A stretch of DNA of 60,512 bases, the filler included. It is 4 parts of 4 records of this genome, joined end to end, with 100 filler letters (N's around TTAATTAATTAA, not from the genome) between each part and the next. Parts side by side here need not be neighbours in the genome. Positions count along the whole stretch, not along the records: positions 1 to 14,445 come from SRR20825019_412; 3 more parts are not named here. The stretch is one strand, 5' to 3'. Both the position numbers and the translations under genes were made by a program. The notes beneath the pieces were generated by a model. It saw only the letters and a list, made by a program, of their open reading frames with translations. It did not search any database and had not been told where the DNA came from. Positions 1 to 10,031 of this stretch are shown here, one piece after another. Within the stretch, counting starts at the first letter, position 1. The number at the start of each line of letters is the position of its first letter.

Positions 1-430
1 CTTCTTCTGTCGGGGCGAATAGCAATTCGCCCGTATCGGTGAATAAAAATGATTTGATATTTTTGGTCGCCGCTCCTTTGAAGCCGCGAATTATGGCCCC
101 GATGGTGTGGGATGGTGATTTGAATTCGCCTGGAGAAGCGGATGAATCCTTTATTATTTGTTCCTTAATTTCAATGACTCCATGAAAATGGTCAGGCATG
201 ATGATATATTCTCCTAGGGTTATGTTTTCTCTAATTTGCGCGGATTTTTCCCATTCATCAGCGACTATTTTTCCGAATGAATTGAGCTTCATTTCTCCGC
301 TTTCAATGTTTCCAAATAGATGTGTTCTCCCTTCGACACAAAGGGTGATGAAGTAAAGTCCAACGCTCGAGTAATCATACTCTTTTAAGCGAATGCTTCG
401 GCGGTTGTGGATTTTTGGGTTAAATGTCAT
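1..430 (-). mobile_element. REP-associated tyrosine transposase (RAYT / IS200-like Y1 HUH), 3' end cut by window edge; absent from ORF track
   Basis: Manual translation from ATG at 430: MTFNPKIHNRRSIRLKEYDYSSVGLYFITLC...YIIMPDHFHGVIEI...PSHTIGAIIRGFKGAATK. HUH motif HFH and RRSIRLxxYDY N-terminus typical of this family; frame open to position 2. Confidence 0.88.
9..36. repeat. REP-like hairpin inside the RAYT coding sequence
   Basis: GGGCGAAT-AGCA-ATTCGCCC palindrome, read in frame as TGELLFAPT. Confidence 0.7.
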
Positions 431-547
431 GTAGTAGATGTGGTTGGTTATTCTAATTTAAGAATTATTTTCGTCAGGTAAATTTGAATTCACCATGAGA
501 TTAAGAAGTATTCCTTTTTTCAATAGAATTCTTCCTTAATTACAAGA

Positions 548-1045
548 ATGAAAAAAATACTACTGTTTTCCTTTGCAATTTTATTCTCAAGCTCTTCTTT
601 TGGACAAATTGATACACTTCAAGGTGATTTGTACTTTGGTCTTTGGCGTTATGGGAGTTTGTATAAACAACCGAAAGAGGTTGTAAAATGGGTTGATGGT
701 CTGGCAAAATTGGAAAACAGGGATTCGTTGGACGGTACGACAAAAAGTATTTTGAGAATTTATGACGTTCTTAAAAAAGAAGATCTTTTATATAATCCTT
801 ACGTGCAGCTAAAATTAGATAATGATTCTATTATTAGAATCTACTTTGACAAAAGAGATTATTCGAAGATCAAAAAGTACAAATTGGACGCGTTGCAAGA
901 TGAAAAAGAAAAGGTTAGAATAACCTTGAAAGGAAGAGTAATTGGTGATGGTTTAGTTTATTGTGAAGACCTTGTATTTGTCTCTAAAGAAAAAGGGCAA
1001 ACCTACGCGATTCCTCATAAATTCGCAATTGAAGATTATCGGTAG
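548..1045 (+). CDS. hypothetical exported protein
   Basis: 165-aa ORF with signal peptide MKKILLFSFAILFSSSSFG. Confidence 0.75.
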   Translation: MKKILLFSFAILFSSSSFGQIDTLQGDLYFGLWRYGSLYKQPKEVVKWVDGLAKLENRDSLDGTTKSILRIYDVLKKEDLLYNPYVQLKLDNDSIIRIYFDKRDYSKIKKYKLDALQDEKEKVRITLKGRVIGDGLVYCEDLVFVSKEKGQTYAIPHKFAIEDYR

Positions 1046-1197
1046 AATTTACCTCGAGAGCCTCAGTCGACTATTGCTATCGGTGTAGGAAGTTGTGAAA
1101 TACACGGTTTTGCGCATATCAAAAGAAGGATTGCACAATTTTGTAATCATACAATTGAGAAGTTTTTTTGAACAGGTAAGGGCGAAAAAACCAGTTA

Positions 1198-1989
1198 TCA
1201 CTCCTGCAAGCAATGGTTGTAGATGTCGATGTGCATGTACAATTCTTTGATGCGTTCAATTTTTCCTTTGGGCTTGGCTGCTTTCAATGATTCTTGCACT
1301 TTTGGGCAATCACCAAGCACCTCCAGGGCATCTTTTGGCTTAGCGTATTTGATGAGTTCTCCTTCAAGTCCTTTTTGAAAATAGACGGTTTCTTTGTGAT
1401 AATAGATTTTATCAACGTTTGATCCTATACCTAATTCCACATTCTCCAGAAACACGCGGTGTTTGCCTGTGAAATTGGTTCCGACTTTCAAGAGCTGCAT
1501 TTCTCTAATGTGCTTTTTATGCACGTTGGGTGATCTGTCGTCTAATGATCCAGTGTGCGTGATGTGTAACCCTCCAGTTGAGTACACAATGATGTCTCCC
1601 ATGAGTAGGATTTCCAGCAGTTTCGAGTCATGAAAGCGAAAATCGACATACTTCGTGCCGTCTGAATACACTTTGATGCGCGCTCCCCAGTATTGAATTT
1701 TGGATTCGGCGAAATTTACAAGTTCATAGCTGTCTTTTCCATTGCTTTTTTTTGTGACTATTGACAATCGGTTGTCGGCACCTGGGACGTAGTTGTCTAA
1801 TTTGAATTCTACGGTGTCTGTGATTCGTTCGTTCAGAAAGTCGTCGTATGTTTTATAGAACCCCTCCACTCCAGTGTATCTGACCCTGAAGAGTTCACCA
1901 CCTTGCATGAAGAGACTGTCGTTGGAGGTTGTTTGTGCAAAAGAAAGTGTTGAGCTGAAAAGGAAAAAAAGGAGTATTCGAAAGGGCAT
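1198..1989 (-). CDS. hypothetical exported protein
   Basis: 263-aa ORF, signal peptide ending SFA-Q. Confidence 0.75.
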   Translation of the reverse strand: MPFRILLFFLFSSTLSFAQTTSNDSLFMQGGELFRVRYTGVEGFYKTYDDFLNERITDTVEFKLDNYVPGADNRLSIVTKKSNGKDSYELVNFAESKIQYWGARIKVYSDGTKYVDFRFHDSKLLEILLMGDIIVYSTGGLHITHTGSLDDRSPNVHKKHIREMQLLKVGTNFTGKHRVFLENVELGIGSNVDKIYYHKETVYFQKGLEGELIKYAKPKDALEVLGDCPKVQESLKAAKPKGKIERIKELYMHIDIYNHCLQE

Positions 1990-2116
1990 TTGCTTCTGTT
2001 TCTAGGGTTAAATTTTTTGAATTCTAAATATAGCGTTTTTTAGATGATCATTGTTGGACTTTGAGAGCCTAAGTTCGATGGAACAACTTTGATGGACAGG
2101 GAGTCGTCTTTATTCT

Positions 2117-3376
2117 ATGAAAAAGGAACTCATTTCACTGACTTTAATGGCTTTTTATGCCTTTGTTTCTCCTGCGCAATCTTCATTTTGTGGTGTAGAA
2201 AAGAACGACCAATGGGAAAATTCGGCGTTCAAAAGTAAGCTTCATTCTCTCTCGGATTCGCCGAAATCAACGTATAATGTACCTGTCGTTTTTCACTTAG
2301 TTCATCAGGGAGGTGCGGAAAATGTACCTGATTCTGTGGTGATTAATTGGATTTCTGAACTCAATGAGCGTTTTGCGAATAGTGGTTCGTTTCAAACTCC
2401 AGATGGTGTGGATGTAGATATTAATTTTTGCCTAGCTGAGAAGGATACGAATGGTTTGCCTACGACTGGAATCACGCGTGATTACTCTGAGTTTTCACAC
2501 ATGTACTCTTATATAAATAGTAATGGTTTGTCTACTTCAACTGATCTTATGGATAGTATTTGTAGGTTGTATCATTGGAAAACCAAGGATTATTTGAATG
2601 TTTATTTGGTGAAAAATCTGTTTGTCGCAGGCAGTGCTCGTACAGGTTGGGGATTTTTCCCAAACAGTAATGGGTATTATATGGACGGCGTTTTTCTGTA
2701 TCACGCCTATATGAATAGTGCGGATACTTTTTTTTACTACCCAGGTTTGTTTGAGCACGAAGTAGGTCACTATCTAGGATTGTATCATACTTTTCAGGGT
2801 GGCTGTTTAAACAACGATTGCACGGTTGATAATGATAATGTCTGTGATACACCCCCCGTCAGCTATCCGAATAATGATTGTCAAACGAGTAATTCGTGCC
2901 TTTCGGATGCCGATGATCAGTCGACAAATAATCCGTTCAGACCTGTTGCCCTCGGTGGTTTGGGAGATCAACCTGACGATCTTACAAATTACATGGATTA
3001 TACGAAGTGTGCGGATCATTTCACCTTGGGGCAGAAAAACAGAATGATCGCTGCTTTGACAACCATTAGGACTAGTTTACTTTCTTCTGATGGGTGCGGA
3101 ATCACTTGGAATAGTATTTCAGAAAATGATGACGCATTTTTAAAATTTGCTTTATTTCCAAACCCATTTTTTGATCGAGTAACTATTCCATTCGGGGATT
3201 TCAAGTCGTGCGAGTTTACATTGTATTCTATTACTGGGACGATCGTAAGTGTTGAAATGATTACTGAAGATCTTCCTGAGGTTGAGCTCACTGACGTATC
3301 TAGCGGTACATATTTTTACAGATTGAATTTTGATAATAACCGGAAAATTGTGATTGGAAAGTTGTCTAAGGAGTGA
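2117..3376 (+). CDS. M43 (pappalysin/ulilysin-like) zinc metalloprotease with T9SS C-terminal sorting domain
   Basis: VPVVFHLV, HEVGHYLGLYH zinc motif, NYMDY Met-turn, C-terminal LFPNPF...SGTYFYRL...GKLSKE. Confidence 0.9.
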   Translation: MKKELISLTLMAFYAFVSPAQSSFCGVEKNDQWENSAFKSKLHSLSDSPKSTYNVPVVFHLVHQGGAENVPDSVVINWISELNERFANSGSFQTPDGVDVDINFCLAEKDTNGLPTTGITRDYSEFSHMYSYINSNGLSTSTDLMDSICRLYHWKTKDYLNVYLVKNLFVAGSARTGWGFFPNSNGYYMDGVFLYHAYMNSADTFFYYPGLFEHEVGHYLGLYHTFQGGCLNNDCTVDNDNVCDTPPVSYPNNDCQTSNSCLSDADDQSTNNPFRPVALGGLGDQPDDLTNYMDYTKCADHFTLGQKNRMIAALTTIRTSLLSSDGCGITWNSISENDDAFLKFALFPNPFFDRVTIPFGDFKSCEFTLYSITGTIVSVEMITEDLPEVELTDVSSGTYFYRLNFDNNRKIVIGKLSKE

Positions 3377-3631
3377 ATCGGTTGGGTTTGTTCGGAACAT
3401 GCTTTTAAAATAGATGCTTTTTAGTAACCTTTAAATTGTTTGAGTTTTTTTGTGAGAAGTCTGTATCGTTTTTGGATTTTTTAACCTGTAATTATGTGAC
3501 CCTCATTTATTAAGTGTATTTTTTTCTAAGTGTTCTCATCAGATCGCAGATAATGAGTGGCATCGAAGCCCTTTGCTAACTCTCGGACATACCACTTTTC
3601 GGAGTAAAACTTAGCGCAGATTACTGTAATG

Positions 3632-4093
3632 TTAGTCTTGTTCGTAGAAACTTAACTCCGTATAAGACTCACTGTCAATCAATTCATAAATGTTTTCTGG
3701 TTCAGTTGGATTAGCAATCCAGTTGCCATCTTTCTTAAGATAAAACCGAGCTCGATGAGGATACTTTACAATTATTTTTTCAATGTCTCTGAATAGATTT
3801 TCTAGTTTCTTCCAGATCGCACCAGTCTCTCCGCAGCCATAGAACTTTTCAGAATTATCGTCAATATATGATATAAATCCGTGTGAACCAGAAATTGGTG
3901 TTCTTAAAGGCGCTAGTTCAGGTGATGGTACCGAACCACCGCTAGGATTGAAGCCAAACCCTAGTCCACAATTTTGACATTCAAACATTACAAAAGTCAT
4001 TCCCTTTTTTACCGAGGAATTAATAAATTCTTGTTGCTTTTCATCTGGAATGAAATTCTTATCGCAATTTTGGCATTTAATCATTTTATTCAT
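3632..4093 (-). CDS. hypothetical Cys-rich (zinc-ribbon-like) protein
   Basis: 153 aa, CQNC...CQNC pairs and YGCGETG. Confidence 0.7.
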   Translation of the reverse strand: MNKMIKCQNCDKNFIPDEKQQEFINSSVKKGMTFVMFECQNCGLGFGFNPSGGSVPSPELAPLRTPISGSHGFISYIDDNSEKFYGCGETGAIWKKLENLFRDIEKIIVKYPHRARFYLKKDGNWIANPTEPENIYELIDSESYTELSFYEQD

Positions 4094-4159
4094 TCTTCTG
4101 CTTCACTTTTCTTTAAAATTTAACTTCCCGACAGTTGTTTCATTGGCTTTATAGGGAGT

Positions 4160-4351
4160 TTATTTTACTATTTTTTCAATCGAAGATTCGTCAACTCTCA
4201 ATCCTCTTAATATTTGTTTAGCCCTAATTTTATCATCATTAATGGCTTTGTCAAACTCATCCATGAGACCGCTTGCATATAGCCTTTCATTAGCGGTCAT
4301 TCCAGAGAGTTCAGCAATTTTCTGGATTCTGATTAAAGTTTGTTCGTCCAT
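4160..4351 (-). CDS. small hypothetical protein
   Basis: 63-aa ORF (GMTANERLYASGLMDEFD), co-oriented with neighbours. Confidence 0.65.
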   Translation of the reverse strand: MDEQTLIRIQKIAELSGMTANERLYASGLMDEFDKAINDDKIRAKQILRGLRVDESSIEKIVK

Positions 4352-4452
4352 TAAATTTTAAAATTTGCATTTATGAGTCTTTTTTTTTTACAAGCGAAAT
4401 TAATCTAAGACGGAAAAGTTCGTACTAATCTGTTATTCAAAATAATCTTGTT

Positions 4453-4833
4453 TTATCTTCTGGATTTTTGGTTGCGATTAAAAATACTAGACCGTCCACT
4501 TCTTGAGGTCGCCATCATGGTTAATCCGCCCAAGATTGGTCCATAAGCGAAAATAAAATAATTGCCCATTTGGATCCAGCCAGTAGATGTTCCTACCGTG
4601 ATAATTGTTCCGCCTACTACGAGAAAAATTCCAATGATTTTCGTCGTATTGACTTGTGATCTATCATTGTTTTGTCGGATGCTCATCAAAAGTTTATTAT
4701 CAATTGAGCCTATAATAATTCTTATCTCAGAGTCATCGAGTCCTTTAGCTTTCAGTTCACTACGAATTTCCGAAAAGTCCATACCGTTCACCTTCTTGTC
4801 GTAATAATATTCTGATAAAGAGTCCAATTCCAT
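4453..4833 (-). CDS. hypothetical membrane protein (2 TM)
   Basis: 126 aa with two C-terminal hydrophobic segments. Confidence 0.7.
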   Translation of the reverse strand: MELDSLSEYYYDKKVNGMDFSEIRSELKAKGLDDSEIRIIIGSIDNKLLMSIRQNNDRSQVNTTKIIGIFLVVGGTIITVGTSTGWIQMGNYFIFAYGPILGGLTMMATSRSGRSSIFNRNQKSRR

Positions 4834-4977
4834 TCTGAGTCAATTCTAACAAACGTTTAAAATATAAAAGTAATGATTTGGAATATTAAACTTTCGGTTT
4901 ACACACTTAACGGGATAGTGTCGTTAAAAACAAGGTTTAGCTTTCCCCAACGTTTCGAATATCCGCGTTAGCAAACG

Positions 4978-5451
4978 TTATTCACATAGTTCAATTCCCC
5001 AATCAGTATGCCCTCTCCCATCCCAACACTTCCAATTCTTTTTTATAGAAACTACGGTCCATTTATTTTTCACTCTTTTCAATTCCATAATATATTTTTC
5101 TCCTCTTTGAGAATCGTCTAGTAGATTATCATGAATTAGCGTTACTAATGTATTTCCGTTTTCACTATTTTTTTCGGTGATTTCTATTTTCTCATTTCCT
5201 TCACCTGAGTTTATCTCATTAGGATAATATAATTTAATCACATCTTGAGCAGATAAATCCTCATTTTTTCCTTTTAATAGCTGATTTATTTCGTCAGGAT
5301 TTATTGCTACAAACTTTTCATGCTCATAGGCCGTATTCGTTTGAATACTTTCATTTTCTTCAGATAATTGAACTTCAGTAGTCGTTTTATCAGCTCCCTG
5401 ATTACATGAAAATAAGATGATCGTTAAAAGTAATCCAATGACTGTTTTCAT
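4978..5451 (-). CDS. hypothetical lipoprotein
   Basis: Lipobox LFSC; C-terminal WKCWDGRGHTDWGIELC. Confidence 0.75.
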   Translation of the reverse strand: MKTVIGLLLTIILFSCNQGADKTTTEVQLSEENESIQTNTAYEHEKFVAINPDEINQLLKGKNEDLSAQDVIKLYYPNEINSGEGNEKIEITEKNSENGNTLVTLIHDNLLDDSQRGEKYIMELKRVKNKWTVVSIKKNWKCWDGRGHTDWGIELCE

Positions 5452-5462
5452 AATTTAGTTTT

Positions 5463-5602
5463 AATGTTTGTTAACGATTTGCGGTGATACTTTCGTGCCG
5501 ACTCTCGAATGTACCCTTTTCGGTATTAAGCACAGGCAAAGCGACTGTTACATGACTAAAATGCGAACAAACTCCAAAATCTATGAAAGATCCAACAAGT
5601 TA
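5463..5602. repeat. dispersed intergenic repeat, copy A
   Basis: Aligns with 7472-7610 over about 115 nt; core ACTAAAATGCGAACAAACTCCAAAATCTA. Confidence 0.7.
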
Positions 5603-5655
5603 AGCGCCAAAAGTATATTCGTAGCAGCACTTTTGAACCCGTTTTTGGATGGTTT

Positions 5656-6066
5656 TCAGCTTTTGATTTTGGATAAATTCTTTAAGCATTTGTTTCTTGC
5701 TTTTCCCGTGACAGGTACTTTCGACCAACTGATTATTATTGCGTCATAATCTCCAAATCTTGTTTTTTCTTCTTCGGTTAGAATTATTATGTCTTCGTGA
5801 ATTCTAGAACCTTTTCCCAACCAATCTTTCACATCCTTAAAATATGCCATTTTATTAGAGGAGAAATGTCCGTAATTGGATAATCTAAATTCAATTTTCT
5901 TGTTTTCGAAGTCAAAATTTTCATCTATAAAAACAGAATTTAAATAGTGAGATTCATATTTATTAAGGAAGAGATTACTGTCTACACCGCAACTATCCAA
6001 CAATTGATTTTGTCCAAAACATGCGGAAATAATAAGTATAAAAAATGTTGCTGTAATTAGTTTCAT
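5656..6066 (-). CDS. hypothetical exported protein
   Basis: Start moved to MKLITATFFILIISACFG, which gives a signal peptide. Confidence 0.7.
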   Translation of the reverse strand: MKLITATFFILIISACFGQNQLLDSCGVDSNLFLNKYESHYLNSVFIDENFDFENKKIEFRLSNYGHFSSNKMAYFKDVKDWLGKGSRIHEDIIILTEEEKTRFGDYDAIIISWSKVPVTGKARNKCLKNLSKIKS

Positions 6067-6213
6067 CGGTTTTAAAGTGATTAATCTTGATGTCAATTTA
6101 TTTAAAATTAAATTATAAAAATTCTCCGTAGTAGTTGCAATTTTCTCAGTGATCATTTCCCGTTTGAGATCTATCGTCTTCGCCGCGGAGTTCGCTAGGC
6201 TTAGATATAATGT

Positions 6214-7467
6214 TTATTTTTTGTGATACACAGTTGAATTTTGTTCTTCTGAAAATTTTTCATTTAACAAGTCCCATAAATCAGAATAACCATCATCATA
6301 ACCTAATGCCCAAATACCAACTCCACTTATTTGATTTTCCTTGATCCAATCATATTTAATCCCTAGTGATTTTTTGTCTTCGAAAAAAAGTTGACGATAG
6401 CTATTACTACTGTCTTTCACAACTATGTACGTTGAAGAACTTAGGGAATCAAATTTTACTGGAGTATTTAATAAGTCAATATAGAATTTTCTAATCGCAT
6501 TATAAGGTGGATGATCTCTAAATTTTGAAACCATTGAACCTGGTTGAGATTCTTTGGTGTACCATTCAGCACCATAATAAGGAAGACCAACAATTAATTT
6601 ATTCGAATGCACACCTTTATCTTGATAATATTGAATAGATGTTTTTAAACCATTTCCAAATTTTTCGCTCTTGTTAAAAGGAGTCACTGGTCCAGTTCTT
6701 TTACTGAATCCTCCAAAGTAATCATACCCCATCAATGTGTAAAAATCTACGTAGGGATCAATGGTTTCAATGTCGAAAATATTGTTCCAGTCCTCCGCAT
6801 AAAGGCACAGGGATATCATGTAGTTTGCATTATCTTGTTTTAGTCTCTTTGAAATTTCAATGATAAATTTTGTAAAACCCTTTTTGTTCTTTTTTGATAC
6901 TCCTTCGAAATCGATATTAATACCATCTGCAGATCTCAGAGCCAATAAATAGGACAAACTATCAATCAACGTTTTCTGGGCTTTTGGATTTTCCAAAAAA
7001 GTAGCATTATTGTCACTTCCAAAATTAGAAACTGAAAGGAATACTTTACAATTGTAAGCTTTCGCACTATCAATCAAAGCAGTAGTTTTCCATTGATGGA
7101 TACTTTTATAGCTTCCAGTTTCTGGTTGAATACTATATGAAAAGTAAGAAAGACCCCATAGCATGGAAAAGTTGTAATTTTTCCATGAAGAACCATTGGA
7201 ATATATGTGCCAACCAAATGTGCGGAAATCAGGGTGCACGTTCCCTTTTTGGTGAAGTATTTTTTCTTGAGAAATATTATTTAAGTTATCCCAATCCTGT
7301 TCAGAATTAAAATTAAAGCCTTCATATTTTTTTTCGTGGAAATGTCGTTGGCTAATAAATTTGCTACTATCTGACACGATACTTGTATTCGGATCTTTGG
7401 CCTTTTCATCATTACTGCACCCTACTAACACTAATGCTGAGACAATGGTAATTATTAATATTTTCAT
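6214..7467 (-). CDS. glycoside hydrolase family 18 lipoprotein
   Basis: DGINIDFE catalytic DxxDxDxE motif, LMGYDY, GVGIWALGYD; lipobox LVGC after start MKILIIT. Confidence 0.9.
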   Translation of the reverse strand: MKILIITIVSALVLVGCSNDEKAKDPNTSIVSDSSKFISQRHFHEKKYEGFNFNSEQDWDNLNNISQEKILHQKGNVHPDFRTFGWHIYSNGSSWKNYNFSMLWGLSYFSYSIQPETGSYKSIHQWKTTALIDSAKAYNCKVFLSVSNFGSDNNATFLENPKAQKTLIDSLSYLLALRSADGINIDFEGVSKKNKKGFTKFIIEISKRLKQDNANYMISLCLYAEDWNNIFDIETIDPYVDFYTLMGYDYFGGFSKRTGPVTPFNKSEKFGNGLKTSIQYYQDKGVHSNKLIVGLPYYGAEWYTKESQPGSMVSKFRDHPPYNAIRKFYIDLLNTPVKFDSLSSSTYIVVKDSSNSYRQLFFEDKKSLGIKYDWIKENQISGVGIWALGYDDGYSDLWDLLNEKFSEEQNSTVYHKK

Positions 7468-7471
7468 CCTG

Positions 7472-7646
7472 CTTTGTATAATGGTTGGGACTAAGTTTTG
7501 TGTCGACTCCAATATAGCATTTTTCGGCGTGAGGTATAGGCGATGTGTCTGTTTCTCAACTAAAATGTGAACAAACTCTGGGATCTACAAGGAATGACCA
7601 AACGATGTAACTCAGAGGAAAACAGGTGCAACGACGAATGTTAGGT
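7472..7646. repeat. dispersed intergenic repeat, copy B
   Basis: Core ACTAAAATGTGAACAAACTCTGGGATCTA; ends in GTTAGGT at 7640-7646. Confidence 0.75.
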
Positions 7647-7886
7647 GCTTCTTTAAATGAAATGTTGCCTGTAAAAAGACGCTAATTTCTCGGATTAATA
7701 CACCGCCGAATTTTTATAGTTTGTTTTCAACTTATCAATTTTAAAAGTCGAATTTAAAAATTTAGCGGTATTCGCACATAAGCACAGTCCTTTCCTTTAG
7801 CGCTTACTGGCTATAATTTATACACCTTATTGTAGTGTGTTTTTGTTCTTTCTTTTTTTGTCTAGAAATTCTGTAAGATTACTTTC

Positions 7887-7900
7887 TTATCTTAAGTCAA
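7887..7900 (+). promoter_or_regulatory. possible Crp/Fnr-type operator upstream of the DUF4345-like gene
   Basis: TTATC-TTAA-GTCAA resembles FNR-type TTGAT-N4-ATCAA; a Crp/Fnr gene is adjacent; GATATTTG (-7-like box) at 7923-7930. Confidence 0.35.
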
Positions 7901-7952
7901 GGTTTTTTTTCTTTTCCGCTTCGATATTTGCATAACTATAAATTAAACAAAA

Positions 7953-8360
7953 ATGGAAAAGAACATATTTACAAAGGCGCTTTTAATAATTTCTGGAATG
8001 ATTGGGACTGGAATTGGATATTCTCTCTTATTTTCTCCAGTTGCTTTTGAGGCGTCAGCAGGTATCAATCTCGGAGATGATATTAATTTACTAAGCGAAA
8101 TTAGGGCTCCTAGCGGACTATTGTTAGTTAGTGGAATAATAATTTTTTTAGGAGCCTTTTTTTCTAAATTGACAATCTATTCCATTCAGCTATCTTGTTT
8201 AATCTATTTATCGTATGGATTGTCACGTTTAGTGAGTATTATATTTGATGGATTTCCAAGCGAACCACTTCAGATAGCTTTGTTTGTCGAACTTTTAGTT
8301 GGATTCCTATGTCTGTTTGTCCTTTTGCGATTCTACAAGAAAGGGATTAAACCGGCATAA
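7953..8360 (+). CDS. DUF4345-like membrane protein
   Basis: Four TM helices, SEIRAPSG and YGLSRLVSIIFDGFP motifs. Confidence 0.75.
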   Translation: MEKNIFTKALLIISGMIGTGIGYSLLFSPVAFEASAGINLGDDINLLSEIRAPSGLLLVSGIIIFLGAFFSKLTIYSIQLSCLIYLSYGLSRLVSIIFDGFPSEPLQIALFVELLVGFLCLFVLLRFYKKGIKPA

Positions 8361-8372
8361 TTGCAATTGAAT

Positions 8373-8960
8373 TTATTCGGATTTTTCCTTTGTCAAAATT
8401 CTCTTTCTGATTCTGCTAAGTGATTCAGGAGTAACTCCAATATAACTCGCAATTAAATGCAAAGGGATTCTATTGAGAAGCTTGGGATAGTTCTTTAAAA
8501 TTATCTGGTATCTTTCTTCAGGACTATGATGGCTCAGTAATTCGATATGTTCTTGAGACTTGGCATAATCGTTAGGCATTAAAGTGTTTATCAAATTTTC
8601 AAGATTCGGATGTTTCCTATGCAATTCCTTTTCTGCTGTTCTAGTTCCTGTGGTTAAAATGGAGTTTTCAATGGTTGATAAATAATATTTTGACGGCTTT
8701 TTTTCTAAGTAACTGGAATATAAAACTGCAGCTTCTCCTTCACAAAAAAACGCTGTCGTCTTTTCTTCTCCATTGACTATTTGATATTGTCGAAGGCATC
8801 CCTCTATAACAAAAAAGCATTTAGTACAGATTTCACCTTCTCTTAAAATTGTAGTTCCTTTTTTGAAATTCTCTAATTGAGTATTTTCCACAATAGCATT
8901 AATTTCCTCGTTGGTAAATTTGTCGAACTGTGAAATAAAATGAACTAAAGAGTCTTTCAT
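8373..8960 (-). CDS. Crp/Fnr family transcriptional regulator
   Basis: cNMP-binding domain (KKGTTILREGE...GCLRQY) and HTH IASYIGVTPESLSRIRKR; start set at MKDSLV. Confidence 0.92.
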   Translation of the reverse strand: MKDSLVHFISQFDKFTNEEINAIVENTQLENFKKGTTILREGEICTKCFFVIEGCLRQYQIVNGEEKTTAFFCEGEAAVLYSSYLEKKPSKYYLSTIENSILTTGTRTAEKELHRKHPNLENLINTLMPNDYAKSQEHIELLSHHSPEERYQIILKNYPKLLNRIPLHLIASYIGVTPESLSRIRKRILTKEKSE

Positions 8961-9108
8961 ATTTTTAGTTTGTTCTTTCAAATGCACTACAGCGACTAAA
9001 GCCAGAAAGTGCTGCGGATCTTTCACCCAGATTTGATTTTAAAGTTAGGAATAGTTTTCTAACCAAAATTGATCTTACGAGGCATAAACCAGTATGCTTT
9101 CTAAGCCT

Positions 9109-9175
9109 TTGTGCTTGTTGCACAGCTAAAATGTGAATAAACTCTGGAATCTAACCGAAAGATCAAACAAGGTAA
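9109..9175. repeat. dispersed intergenic repeat, copy C (right half only)
   Basis: TGTGCTTGTTGCACAGCTAAAATGTGAATAAACTCTGGAATCTA. Confidence 0.75.
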
Positions 9176-9197
9176 AAACAACAAAATCAGTTGTTGC

Positions 9198-9899
9198 TCA
9201 GGGAAGAGGTTGTGTAATGGTTACGTAAGTTATCGATATTTTTTTTATTACCACACTGTGCTTTCTGGTGCCTGGAGTAGAGATGTCGATTGAGTAATTC
9301 CAATTTTTATGGTTCACTTGATATTGTTTATTTGTATGATTCACGCGGCCACCAAATCTAGCAATATCCTTTTTTATTTTTTCACTTTCTACCACCGTGC
9401 TATTCTTACCATTCAAATTGTGTATTGATACTTTCGATCCGTACGGTGTCGATATTTTTATTGTTAAATCACTGCTATCCGCCCAATGACCACCGTAAGG
9501 TAGAGAAGAACGTTCACTCCAAAGTTCGTTACCGTATTTATCGAATACCTGTATTTGTCCTAAATAAGAGCAATAAATCAAGTTGTCATTAATTATTGTA
9601 ATAGGTTGGGTTGAAAAGGCTTTGACAGGCATTCGCCATTTAACTGTTCCATTACTTAAGCTAAAACAGTATAAATAATTATCCTCTCCGAAACCACCAA
9701 TTGTATTACAATAAAGGTCATCGTTGTAAACACTTGCATTTTGAAGACCTCTCTCATCAAAGCTATCCAGCCAAAAATCACCAGGATCAAATAATGGATA
9801 CGGAACGGTAGGATCATATAAAAAATCACCTTCCTCTTGACTTTGATTACAAGAAAAAGCGATAAGGAGTAACAGTAAGTAATTGAACGTAGTTTTCAT
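9198..9899 (-). CDS. lipoprotein with PQQ-like beta-propeller repeats
   Basis: Lipobox AFSC; LYCFSLSNGTVKW and VFDKYGNELW repeats. Confidence 0.65.
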   Translation of the reverse strand: MKTTFNYLLLLLIAFSCNQSQEEGDFLYDPTVPYPLFDPGDFWLDSFDERGLQNASVYNDDLYCNTIGGFGEDNYLYCFSLSNGTVKWRMPVKAFSTQPITIINDNLIYCSYLGQIQVFDKYGNELWSERSSLPYGGHWADSSDLTIKISTPYGSKVSIHNLNGKNSTVVESEKIKKDIARFGGRVNHTNKQYQVNHKNWNYSIDISTPGTRKHSVVIKKISITYVTITQPLP

Positions 9900-10031
9900 A
9901 TTGGGTCGTTACCGATAACAACCACAAATATGCCACGGCGCTAGCGAAAATCGTTCCTATAAAATTATGATTTTTTCCATACGAAAAGACAGATTCTCGA
10001 TGAGAAAATCGGTGCTGGAGTATAGAACGTC

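Noticed and set aside
6066-6214. attC-like site between the GH18 gene and the next ORF
   Set aside because: No convincing AAC/GTT cores or arms; too decayed or absent, so not counted as evidence.
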